25,526 nucleotides of DNA from a virus (lineage: Duplodnaviria; Caudoviricetes), in the IMG/VR virus record IMGVR_UViG_3300044625_000272, positions 1 to 25,526 of that record. One strand, 5' to 3'. This document shows positions 16,919 to 25,447 of this stretch, piece by piece. Position numbers and translations under genes: made by a program. Under the pieces are notes generated by a model, which worked only from the letters and a program-made list of their open reading frames with translations, had not been told where the DNA came from and ran no database searches. Position 1 is the first letter of the stretch. Each line of letters opens with the position of its first letter.

Positions 16919-17601
16919 TGTATCCGCTGAAAATCTTCTGTGGCTATGACCCGCGCGAGGCGTTGGCGTATCACGTCTGTTGCAACTCGATCATCCGGCA
17001 TGCTTCGGTTCCGGTGAGCATCACGCCGCTTGCGCTCAATACCCTGTCGAGCTTCTACACCGAGACGCACAAGGGCACGAATCAGTTCGTTCACTCGCGT
17101 TTCCTCGTGCCGTATTTGTGCGGGTTCCAGGGTCGCGCGCTGTTCATCGACGGCGACATGATCTTTCGGGATGACGTGGCGAAGCTGTTCGACCTGATGA
17201 GCAACGATGTGGATGTGGCCGTTGTCCAGCACGACTACAAGACCAAATACCCGACCAAGTATTTCGGGCAGAAGAATGAGGACTACCCGCGCAAGAACTG
17301 GAGCAGCGTTGTCCTGTGGAACTGCGGCAACCATCCCAATCACATCCTGACGCCGCAATACATCGCGGAGAAGGACAGCAAGTTTTTGCACCGTTTCTCG
17401 TGGCTCAAGGACGAGCGCATCCAGGCATTGCCGCCCGCATGGAACCATCTCGTTGACGAGTACGACCACAACGACGACGCCAAACTGTTGCACTTTACGC
17501 TGGCGATTCCGGCGATCTCGTCTTATGAGGACTGCGACCATTCGACCGAGTGGTGGGACGAGTACCACAAGGTCGTGGAGGTAAACGAGCGTGCCACTTA
17601 A
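16918..17601 (+). CDS. GT-A glycosyltransferase (CDI-like family common in phages)
   Basis: 'IFCGYDPRE', 'SRFLVPYL', DxD motif 'FIDGDM', 'YPRKNWSS..LWNC..H', 'WNHLV.EY', 'LLHFT'. Confidence 0.85.
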   Translation: MYPLKIFCGYDPREALAYHVCCNSIIRHASVPVSITPLALNTLSSFYTETHKGTNQFVHSRFLVPYLCGFQGRALFIDGDMIFRDDVAKLFDLMSNDVDVAVVQHDYKTKYPTKYFGQKNEDYPRKNWSSVVLWNCGNHPNHILTPQYIAEKDSKFLHRFSWLKDERIQALPPAWNHLVDEYDHNDDAKLLHFTLAIPAISSYEDCDHSTEWWDEYHKVVEVNERAT

Positions 17602-17779
17602 TCAAGCCCTAGACGTGGCGGCAGAGCTTCGCGTGCTGCGCGATCGTCTGAAGACGACGCAGGAGGAACTAAGCGACGTAAACGCTCGGCGCGCGTTGCT
17701 GCAAGCGGATGTGGCCTCGATTCAAGCGGAGATCACGCTCAAGCGCGCAGAACTCCGCACGGCGAGTTCCGATCTATGA
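17591..17779 (+). CDS. 62-aa coiled-coil protein
   Basis: GGAGGT RBS before GTG; heptad Leu pattern; ATGA overlap with the next gene. Confidence 0.65.
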   Translation: MPLNQALDVAAELRVLRDRLKTTQEELSDVNARRALLQADVASIQAEITLKRAELRTASSDL

Positions 17780-19401
17780 GAATCCCGCTCATCGGATCGC
17801 TTGCCAGCCGAGACTCCACGAACACTGCGCTCTACGGAACCGGCAAGGATCAGAGCTTTAAGGACTGTACATTTACGGTCTACAAGAACGAGGCCACGGG
17901 ACGCACGACGCCTCGCGTTTACGGGCGGCAGTCGTATGCGCTGGCGGGTTCGCCTGCGTCAGCGAGCGGCGCGGGTACGGCAATCCGGCTGTGGCGCTAT
18001 CAGTCGGGGACGCCAATTACCGCGTTCGGCTCGACCAACAGCACGATCTACAGCACATCCGCGAGCCTGGGTACGATTACCGGGCAGGCCAAGTTTATCG
18101 ACGAGGCGTTCGCGTCCGTGGCTACGCTGCTGATTTCGAGCACGGACAAGACGGCGTGGTATTACCCATCGGACGCGGGTACGGGTTCGCCGACGTTTAC
18201 CGGAGATCTGAACAGCAACACGTCGATCACAAACGTCGTCAGTACCGCAGGCGTTTACGTCGGGCAGACGGTCACGCACGCGAACATTCCAGGCGGCACC
18301 GTCATTACGGCAATTAGCGGGGCAACGATCACGATCTCACAAGCGGCGACGGCTACTGCTGCGGCGCAGTCGATCACCCGAACGCCGATTGCGAAGATCC
18401 TCGATACCGACTATCCGGGCAACGCCACGCCGAGCCGAGTTCCGACCGGGCGGTTCGCGGTGCTGGATGGCATCGCGTATCAGATGGACACGACGGGGCA
18501 GATTTGGGGGAGCGACATCAACAACATCGCGTCCTACGATCCGCTGAACTTCATCGTCACGCAGGAAACCATCGATCTAGGCATCGGCTGCGTGCGCTAT
18601 GGCAATGGCCTGCTGGCGCTGTCGTCGTCGTCGGTGGAGATGTTCCAGAACACAGGCAACCCGGTCGGGAGTTCGTTGACTCGGGTTCAGGAAGGAACCT
18701 CACACGTCGGCTGCGTGAACCAGTACGCCTATTGTGAATTCGGCGACACGGTGGCGTTTGTCGGCAAGGAGCGTGGACTGCCTGGGGTGTACCTGATGGA
18801 CGGGCTGAAGCCTCGGCGCATATCCGATCAGACGATGGATGCGTGGCTCACGGCGACGGATCTGACGAATGCGCGGCTCAATGTGCTGTCGTCCTACGGC
18901 GTGCCGGTGCTGGCGGTGACATCCGGGGCGAATGCGACGAGCTGCTACGTGTGGCACAGCAACGTCAATATGTGGCATCCGTGGGCGCTTGAATACGGCA
19001 TGACGCAATCCGACACCATCGATAACCCATCGGCGCACGGTGCGCGGTTCGTGGGATCGGATTCCACGCAGACGGTGACGAATGCCGCCGCTCCGGCCTC
19101 GGGAACGATCCAGACGGGCGAGATCGATTTCGATAGCTCGAACGTGAAGCGGTTCAATCGGCTGTCCATTGTCGGCGACCGTGCGGCGTCTACGCTCAAT
19201 CTCAGCGTGTCGTGGTCCACGGACAACTACAAGAACTTCTCGACGGCGCGGACCATTGACGCGAGTCAGACGAAGCAGCAGATCAGGAAGCTCGGTACGG
19301 GTAAGGCAATCTCGATCAAGATCACCGGACTGTCGGGTGTATCCAATCGGCCACACGGGATCGAGGCAATCGACCTTGAAGCGGATCAGGGGACCATATG
19401 A
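17776..19401 (+). CDS. Tail nozzle / DNA-stabilisation protein (P22 gp10-like)
   Basis: 'SSSVEMFQNTG', 'GCVNQYAYCEFGDTVAFVG', 'GVYLMDG..PRRIS', 'VSWSTDNYKNFS', 'RKLG'; position after the adaptor. Confidence 0.8.
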   Translation: MRIPLIGSLASRDSTNTALYGTGKDQSFKDCTFTVYKNEATGRTTPRVYGRQSYALAGSPASASGAGTAIRLWRYQSGTPITAFGSTNSTIYSTSASLGTITGQAKFIDEAFASVATLLISSTDKTAWYYPSDAGTGSPTFTGDLNSNTSITNVVSTAGVYVGQTVTHANIPGGTVITAISGATITISQAATATAAAQSITRTPIAKILDTDYPGNATPSRVPTGRFAVLDGIAYQMDTTGQIWGSDINNIASYDPLNFIVTQETIDLGIGCVRYGNGLLALSSSSVEMFQNTGNPVGSSLTRVQEGTSHVGCVNQYAYCEFGDTVAFVGKERGLPGVYLMDGLKPRRISDQTMDAWLTATDLTNARLNVLSSYGVPVLAVTSGANATSCYVWHSNVNMWHPWALEYGMTQSDTIDNPSAHGARFVGSDSTQTVTNAAAPASGTIQTGEIDFDSSNVKRFNRLSIVGDRAASTLNLSVSWSTDNYKNFSTARTIDASQTKQQIRKLGTGKAISIKITGLSGVSNRPHGIEAIDLEADQGTI

Positions 19402-19778
19402 TTGCGCTTGACGGTACGACCATATCTTTGCAAGTCGTTCTGGCGGGCGCAGTGACCACGAACGAAGCGCAATGCTACTGCGTCTACTACGACGTGCTGT
19501 CGCAAACCAAGTCAGGCACGGAAGAATACAAGCGGGCAGCGCGTGTTCAAAACACCAATGGTGCAACGGCTGTAACAGCGGTCGCGTCTCCGGCGAACAC
19601 GAACGTCACGCGAATGATTGAGCACATCTGCGTCTACAACTACGACACGGTTAGCGTTACGGCGACTGTTCAGGTTTACAACTCGACGGGCACGGTGACG
19701 ACGCGGTTGAAGAAAACGGCGCTTAACGCAGGGCAAAGTCTAGTTTACGAGCACGGCGCAGGCTGGCTTGTTCTTTAG
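19398..19778 (+). CDS. Small beta-rich tail-associated protein
   Basis: Val/Thr-rich; 'ICVYNYDTVSVTATV', 'LNAGQSLVYE..GW'; ATGA coupled to the nozzle gene. Confidence 0.7.
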   Translation: MIALDGTTISLQVVLAGAVTTNEAQCYCVYYDVLSQTKSGTEEYKRAARVQNTNGATAVTAVASPANTNVTRMIEHICVYNYDTVSVTATVQVYNSTGTVTTRLKKTALNAGQSLVYEHGAGWLVL

Positions 19779-19787
19779 GGGTACACG

Positions 19788-21206
19788 ATGAGCGATGCAA
19801 CCGAAGCGCGAGCAATGAGGCGGTGGCAGGAGCAACTTGCGCAGATGCGCAACGATGGCAACTGGAGCGCCGACGAGCTTGATTTCCTGCTACAGAATCC
19901 CGAGAGCCGATCCGCTGGCGATTACATTCAGCCGGGAAACACGATTGAGCTTCCGCAGGGCGCGGACCTGTGGAAATACCTGAATAGCCTGGGCGTGGCG
20001 GGCGGGGCGTCACCGGACCCCATGACCGGGCTTCAGGCGTTCATGGCGCAAAAGGGTCTGACGCTGCCGCAGTATCAGCAGCAATACGGCGGGCTTCCTC
20101 TGTCGTTTTCCGAAGATGGGAAGACGGCGACGTATGACCCGTCATTCGTGAAGAATGCATATTCCTACGAGCCCGGCCCGGATTGGTTTGAGTCGGTGAT
20201 CCCGGCGCTTATCCTTGGGATGGGCGCTGCCGGGTTAGGTGGATTTCTTCCGGGCACAGAATCTGTTTTCGGTGGTGCTGCGACCGCCGCAGCGGGCGAG
20301 ACTGGCATCGGCGGATGGGCGGGCGCAATCGGCGAGGGCGGCACGTTATCCGGGGTATCTGACCTGGGATGGAACGTAGCCGGGCTTGCGGGTGAAGGTG
20401 CTGGCGCCGGGGCATTGGAAGGAATCAATTGGGCGTCGGACATTTTCAACCCGGACGCGCTTTCCACGTTTACCGGGGATGCGTCAGCCGGGTGGAATGT
20501 TGCCGGAACTTCTGGCGGGACGGGTGGCGCCATCGCTGATGGTATCAATTGGGCATCCGACATTTTCGATCCGAATGCAGCGTCCGGGTTTACCGGGGAC
20601 GCTTCTGCCGGATGGAATGTGGCTCAAACAGCAGGCGGAACGGGCGGGGCCGTTGCCCAGCAAGCCGCCAAGACGGGCCTATCCAAATTCCTGAAAGACA
20701 AGTTCAACCTCGACGTTGACCAGAACACGCTCGGCATGCTCGGGCAACTGGGCGGCGCAGGAATTGGCCTGCTCGGCAGCAAGCAGCAGTCCGATGCGCT
20801 CAAGGATTTGCAAGCGCAGATGACCGGGCAGCGTGCGCCGTTCCTGAACAAGGCTGTCGGCTACCTGAACAATCCAGAATCGTTCTACACCAGCCCGGAG
20901 GCGACCGGCGCGGCAAACGCAACCATGCGCGCACTGTCGACGAAGTTTGGCAATCCGGGCGTGTCGCCGACTGCGCAGGGCTTGGCGACCGGGGCGCTCT
21001 ATGACCGTTACTCCAATACGGTGAACTCGCTCGGATCGCTCGGGCTGTCGGGGCAGGGCATACAAGCGAATCTTGGGCAGCAGATCGCCAGCACGTCGGG
21101 GCAACCGTATGCCATTGCTGGCAACACGATCTCCGGGCTGACGAGCGACAACAGTATGGACGATATGATGAAACGGATGTTCCGCCAGCAGTTCGGCTTG
21201 CCTTAG
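19788..21206 (+). CDS. Probable ejection/pilot (DNA transfer) protein
   Basis: Gly/Ala-rich, hydrophobic segment 'VIPALILGMGAAGLGGFL', internal 40-aa repeat; first of three large genes after the tail genes. Confidence 0.7.
   Translation: MSDATEARAMRRWQEQLAQMRNDGNWSADELDFLLQNPESRSAGDYIQPGNTIELPQGADLWKYLNSLGVAGGASPDPMTGLQAFMAQKGLTLPQYQQQYGGLPLSFSEDGKTATYDPSFVKNAYSYEPGPDWFESVIPALILGMGAAGLGGFLPGTESVFGGAATAAAGETGIGGWAGAIGEGGTLSGVSDLGWNVAGLAGEGAGAGALEGINWASDIFNPDALSTFTGDASAGWNVAGTSGGTGGAIADGINWASDIFDPNAASGFTGDASAGWNVAQTAGGTGGAVAQQAAKTGLSKFLKDKFNLDVDQNTLGMLGQLGGAGIGLLGSKQQSDALKDLQAQMTGQRAPFLNKAVGYLNNPESFYTSPEATGAANATMRALSTKFGNPGVSPTAQGLATGALYDRYSNTVNSLGSLGLSGQGIQANLGQQIASTSGQPYAIAGNTISGLTSDNSMDDMMKRMFRQQFGLP
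20421..20655 (+). repeat. 120-bp tandem coding duplication (two copies; partial third at ~20367)
   Basis: 'ggaatcaattgggcgtcggacatttt' at 20421 and 'ggtatcaattgggcatccgacatttt' at 20541; both encode GINWASDIF.P.A...FTGDASAGWNVA.T.GGTGGA. Confidence 0.9.
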
Positions 21207-21215
21207 GAGCGATAC

Positions 21216-22469
21216 ATGGATCTCTCGCAACTGTACGGACCGGGGTATGCCGGGTATCTCCAGGGGATGCAATCCTCGCAGGACCGAAACATGCGAGCTT
21301 TGCAGGGGATGGGGATGCTGTCCAACATGCAAACCCAGGACATGCAGCGCAACGCTATGCAGGCGCAATTGGCTGAGCGGCAGCGCCAAGCGCAACAGCA
21401 AGTCGAGGCGCAGGAACGCATGCAGGGGTTGCTGTCGCAGCCTGACGACGTGATCCAAGGGATGCTCGGGATGCCTGCGAATCAGGTGCGCGCATTGTTC
21501 ACGATGGGCGGGCCGGGATCGTTGTCGAAAGTGCTTGAGAAGAACTACGAGATGCCGTCCGATCTGCGGATGATCAATGCGCTGCCGGAGGGGCCACAGA
21601 GAGAAGCGGCGCTACGGTCGAAGACGGGGATTAACCCGCAGTTCTTCCAGACTGACCTCGGCGGGCAGCAGGCGGGCTTCGTGCGAGATCCTGTCACGCA
21701 GCAGGTACAGCCGGTGTTTCAGGCTGAGAAGACGGCTGCGCCGGGGTCACGTCCCGCATGGCTCAATGCAGACGGCAGCGTTAACGAGGAACTGTATCAA
21801 CGGCAGGCGGGGCTCAATAGAGCCGGGGCGGCGCAGGGACCATCGCTAACTATCAGTTCTCCGTTAATTCCGGGGCAGGCTGCGCAGAATACGAACGATC
21901 AAGGCATATTGGACGCGGGACAGATGATGTCCGGTATGACCGCGATCCAGCAGGAATATCGACCGGAGTTCCAGACACTAGGAACGCGCTGGAATGCGCT
22001 CAAAACCGGCATGAAGGAGCGGCTTGGATTAGGCGTGACGAAAGACGATAAGGCGTTGCTGGAAGACTTCACGCGCTACCGTGGGCGATCTGCCAATGCG
22101 CTGAATCAGTACATCAAGGCAATGACCGGCGCGGCACTGACTGAGGCAGAAGCAGAACGCTTGACGAAGGCAATCCCGTTTGCGGGCACGGGGATGTGGG
22201 ACGGCGATTCCCCGACTGAGTTCAAGGCGAAGATGGACGCAGTGACGAAGGATCTTCGCATGGCGACGGCTCGACGCTCTTACATCAAGCGTCAAGGGTT
22301 CTCACTTGGTCAGGTGCAGTTAGATCAGATGCCGAAGATTATGAACGACCGGGGGGCGCAGATTAAGAGCGAGATACAGTCCGGCAATCCAAGCATGCAA
22401 GAGCAGGAGATCGGTCGCATGGTGCGACGACGCCTCGCCGAAGAATTCGGCCTAGTTTACGAGCAATGA
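21216..22469 (+). CDS. Probable ejection (internal virion) protein
   Basis: Gln/Met-rich helical N-terminus, 'MTGAALTEAEAERL...IP'; AGGAG RBS; position. Confidence 0.7.
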   Translation: MDLSQLYGPGYAGYLQGMQSSQDRNMRALQGMGMLSNMQTQDMQRNAMQAQLAERQRQAQQQVEAQERMQGLLSQPDDVIQGMLGMPANQVRALFTMGGPGSLSKVLEKNYEMPSDLRMINALPEGPQREAALRSKTGINPQFFQTDLGGQQAGFVRDPVTQQVQPVFQAEKTAAPGSRPAWLNADGSVNEELYQRQAGLNRAGAAQGPSLTISSPLIPGQAAQNTNDQGILDAGQMMSGMTAIQQEYRPEFQTLGTRWNALKTGMKERLGLGVTKDDKALLEDFTRYRGRSANALNQYIKAMTGAALTEAEAERLTKAIPFAGTGMWDGDSPTEFKAKMDAVTKDLRMATARRSYIKRQGFSLGQVQLDQMPKIMNDRGAQIKSEIQSGNPSMQEQEIGRMVRRRLAEEFGLVYEQ

Positions 22470-22470
22470 C

Positions 22471-24507
22471 ATGGAAGATTTCGCAAGCGACCTTCTAGCA
22501 CCAAAGCCCGCGAAGCAAGCGCCGACGGCTCCAGTACAACAGCCGCGCGGCATCAACATGGGGGCGGTTTCTGATACGGCAAAGATGGTGCCTGAGTATG
22601 CGGCGGGCGGCGCTCTCGGTCTTGTCAAAGGCATTGCAGACTATGGCGTAGGCACCGCTCAAGCGGTTGCTAACCTTCCGTTCATGCCGGAAGGCGCCAA
22701 GAGCGCAATGAACTCGTACATGCAGATGCGCGAAGATGCCTATCGCAGCGCGGTCCCTAATGCGCAAGATAGCGTAGAGATCAGCAGGGCATTCGGCCGA
22801 GCGATTCCTGCTATCGGCATGACGCAATCTCAGGCTGCGCCAAGTTTAGTCGGGAGAATGGCGCAAAGCGCAAAAGTCGGCGGACTATCGGCGGCAATGA
22901 CTCCGTACGAAAACGATCCCGATAACTTTTGGCTCGGGAAAGGAATTCAGACCGGAATCGGTACTGCTTTGGCCTTTGCTGCTCCAGCCGTCATCGAGCC
23001 GATGTTTCGCGGATTGGCTGCGACGGTGAACGGGCTCGCGTCGAAGTTCAAGGGCGCGGCCAAGACGATGACCGGGCAGACCTCGCAGTCATCCGTTGCC
23101 AATCAACTGAAGATCGAACTGCAAAAAGAAAACATCGACTTCGACAATCTATCGAAAGAAGTCCGCAACGGGCTCGTCGAGGAAGCAAGACGTGCGCTCA
23201 AGGCTGGCGTCGATCTTGACCCGGCAGCGGTAGCGCGTCTCGCCAAGGCAGAATCGCAGGGGATCAAACTTACGCAAGGGCAAGCTACGCGCAATCCTCT
23301 TGCATGGTCCAGGGAGCAAAATCTAGCGCGCACTGAAGCCGGTCAGGACATCGCAGAACGATTCACGCAGCAGAACCGCGCCTTAGTGGAAGGCATGGAC
23401 GATAGGGTGCTACGCACGGGCGCTGAAAGCGTTGACCCCTACGACGTAGGACGGGCGAACATCAGTTCGTTGCGTGACACTGACAAGGCGATGCGCTTTA
23501 CCGTAGACGGCGCTTATGCCGTGGCAAAAGATCATCTCGGGCGAGCGGCCCCGATGGATGCGTCGACGTTTTCGAGGCAAGCGAATCTCTCGCTAGATGA
23601 CGGAATGCTAGGGGCGTATCTACCGGCAGAAGTTCGGACGATCCTTAATGATGTTTCATCCGGGAAGATCCCATTCAACGTCAACACGGCGGTGCAGATA
23701 GATCGCGTTATGTCTGCGGCTCAACGAACGGCGGGGCCGGGTTCTCCGCAAAGCATGGCAATCGGCAAAGTGCGTGATGCGCTCAACAACGCGCCCATTG
23801 CGGACAACGTAGGCGAGGCGGCGAAGGGCGCATTCGATGCCGCTCGGGGCTTGGCAAAGCAGCGGTTCGACGTGCTTGATGCAACCCCGGCAATGAAGGC
23901 GGCAGTGGAACCTGGGGCGAAGATTGCGCCGGAGAAGTTCATAGAGAAGTACGTCATCAGCCCAAGCGCATCTATCGATGACGTATCGGCGTTGATGAAG
24001 CAACTGGGTCCGTCTGCCAAGATGCAAATGCAGGGACAGATTATGGATTACCTGCGCACTCAAGCAACCAGCGGCGCATCTGCTGAAACGGCCAAGTTCT
24101 CTCAGGCAGCATTCAAGCGCGCACTGAATCGCATTGGTGACCGGAAACTAGAGCTTGTCTTCGGCAAGTCGGTAGCGAAAGGCTTGCGCAGCACGCAGTC
24201 AGTCGCGGAACTGGTGCAGGTTGACCCGATAGCGTCGGGTGTCAATCGATCATGGACGACGCCAGCAGCAATTGATTTCTTCGACCGAGTCGGGCAGATG
24301 CCGGTAGTCGGCGCATTGATGGGGAAGCCGGGCGATCTTTATCGAGGCTACCTGTCCGGGCAGGCATTGAATAATCCGCTCGGAACTCCGCAGCAACTAG
24401 GGCAAGCGGTCCTGCCGGAAGACTTATTGCGGCGGATCGTCCCGAGAGTCGGAATGCTTGGTGCTCCCCTGGGAGCGGCGGGCGCTGCTGGTGTTGTCAA
24501 CCAATAG
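22471..24507 (+). CDS. Probable large ejection (DNA transfer) protein
   Basis: 678 aa, Ala-rich helical, 'GIKLTQGQATRNP', hydrophobic segments near the N-terminal third and the C-terminus; last gene before lysis. Confidence 0.7.
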   Translation: MEDFASDLLAPKPAKQAPTAPVQQPRGINMGAVSDTAKMVPEYAAGGALGLVKGIADYGVGTAQAVANLPFMPEGAKSAMNSYMQMREDAYRSAVPNAQDSVEISRAFGRAIPAIGMTQSQAAPSLVGRMAQSAKVGGLSAAMTPYENDPDNFWLGKGIQTGIGTALAFAAPAVIEPMFRGLAATVNGLASKFKGAAKTMTGQTSQSSVANQLKIELQKENIDFDNLSKEVRNGLVEEARRALKAGVDLDPAAVARLAKAESQGIKLTQGQATRNPLAWSREQNLARTEAGQDIAERFTQQNRALVEGMDDRVLRTGAESVDPYDVGRANISSLRDTDKAMRFTVDGAYAVAKDHLGRAAPMDASTFSRQANLSLDDGMLGAYLPAEVRTILNDVSSGKIPFNVNTAVQIDRVMSAAQRTAGPGSPQSMAIGKVRDALNNAPIADNVGEAAKGAFDAARGLAKQRFDVLDATPAMKAAVEPGAKIAPEKFIEKYVISPSASIDDVSALMKQLGPSAKMQMQGQIMDYLRTQATSGASAETAKFSQAAFKRALNRIGDRKLELVFGKSVAKGLRSTQSVAELVQVDPIASGVNRSWTTPAAIDFFDRVGQMPVVGALMGKPGDLYRGYLSGQALNNPLGTPQQLGQAVLPEDLLRRIVPRVGMLGAPLGAAGAAGVVNQ

Positions 24508-24600
24508 ACCGGCGATCACGACTACCACAGGAACGATGATCATGCTCCATATGGCGGAAATCGGTTGATTCGGCATCAGTGAATGCAGCCAATCAATCAT
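24424..24600 (-). CDS. 58-aa antisense single-pass membrane protein (not in ORF track)
   Basis: MIDWLHSLMPNQPISAIWSMIIVPVVVVIAGLLVDNTSSARRSQGSTKHSDSRDDPPQ*; GGAG 5 nt before ATG on the - strand; accounts for most of the 24508-24657 gap. Confidence 0.6.
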   Translation of the reverse strand: MIDWLHSLMPNQPISAIWSMIIVPVVVVIAGLLVDNTSSARRSQGSTKHSDSRDDPPQ

Positions 24601-24657
24601 GACGACTCCACAAGATAAACAGCCCGCAACCCTAAACCGAAATCAGGAGCAACGCAA

Positions 24658-25095
24658 GTGATCGACCGCCGCAGATCCGAGTTCCGAACAGACAGCGCCA
24701 CGCTCGGAGCGATCCTGCTCGTGATGGGCTGGTTCGCAAGTCCGTGGAACGGCGACGACACGTTGTTCACACGTGTACTCGCATCGCAGGGATTGGAGCA
24801 CGCATGGGGGATCATCATGATGCTGACGGGCGGGGCGAAGATCGTCGTATCGCTGGTGCTGATCCCGCGTCCTTGGATCGAGCCGTATTGGGATCGGATC
24901 AAGGTAACGACGACGCTGCTGCTGGTATTCGTTGCAAGTTGGACTTTCCTGCACTTTGTTGAAGCCGAGCTATACACGCCGACTGTGCTTGCTCTGGGCG
25001 TGATCGCATTCGGGGCGCTTGCGACCCTGATACGGGATGCAACAACGCGAAAGGCGCTCAGGTGCAGATATGGCCGACTCGGTAACCACGGTTAG
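24658..25095 (+). CDS. Multi-pass membrane protein (holin/antiholin candidate)
   Basis: AGGAG RBS before GTG; about four hydrophobic segments; basic C-terminus; upstream of the lysozyme. Confidence 0.7.
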   Translation: MIDRRRSEFRTDSATLGAILLVMGWFASPWNGDDTLFTRVLASQGLEHAWGIIMMLTGGAKIVVSLVLIPRPWIEPYWDRIKVTTTLLLVFVASWTFLHFVEAELYTPTVLALGVIAFGALATLIRDATTRKALRCRYGRLGNHG

Positions 25096-25447
25096 CGTAA
25101 CAATTGGCACGGCGGCGGTCCTAGCGGATGTCTCCGGGCTGCTGCACTCGTACCCGCTCGTTTCGTTCATGGGAATGGGCTGTATCGGAGGCATCGCGGG
25201 TTGGGCGCTGGCAATGGATCGCGGCGAACTCGACAAGTCGAACGCGCGGCAGATAGCGTGCTTCCTATTTCGGCGGCTCATGCTCGGCGCTTGCATCGGC
25301 GTGGCGGCGTCGGTGTGGTGGTCTGACACCGAAATGAATCAAGGGTTGTGGATGCTGGTCACCGGGTTACTGTCGATTGACCCGGTGCGCGGCACTCGGG
25401 TCGCGTGGGACAGGATTCTTGCGATGATACCGAAGGCGACGAAATGA
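25070..25447 (+). CDS. Putative holin
   Basis: Hydrophobic segments 'FMGMGCIGGIAGWAL', 'LMLGACIGVAASVWW', 'LWMLVTGLL'; ATGA overlap with the lysozyme; start 25070 (alternative 25037). Confidence 0.65.
   Translation: MADSVTTVSVTIGTAAVLADVSGLLHSYPLVSFMGMGCIGGIAGWALAMDRGELDKSNARQIACFLFRRLMLGACIGVAASVWWSDTEMNQGLWMLVTGLLSIDPVRGTRVAWDRILAMIPKATK

Noticed and set aside
13638-17601. O-antigen seroconversion cassette or DNA hypermodification cluster
   Set aside because: No GtrA/GtrB/GtrC-like membrane proteins, no DNA methylase catalytic motif and no base-hydroxymethylase; genes are coupled to late structural genes. Not formally excluded.
24597-24977. 126-aa minus-strand ORF whose stop overlaps the antisense microprotein start
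   Set aside because: Lies opposite a well-formed membrane gene with a strong RBS; no recognisable features; the overlap is probably coincidental.
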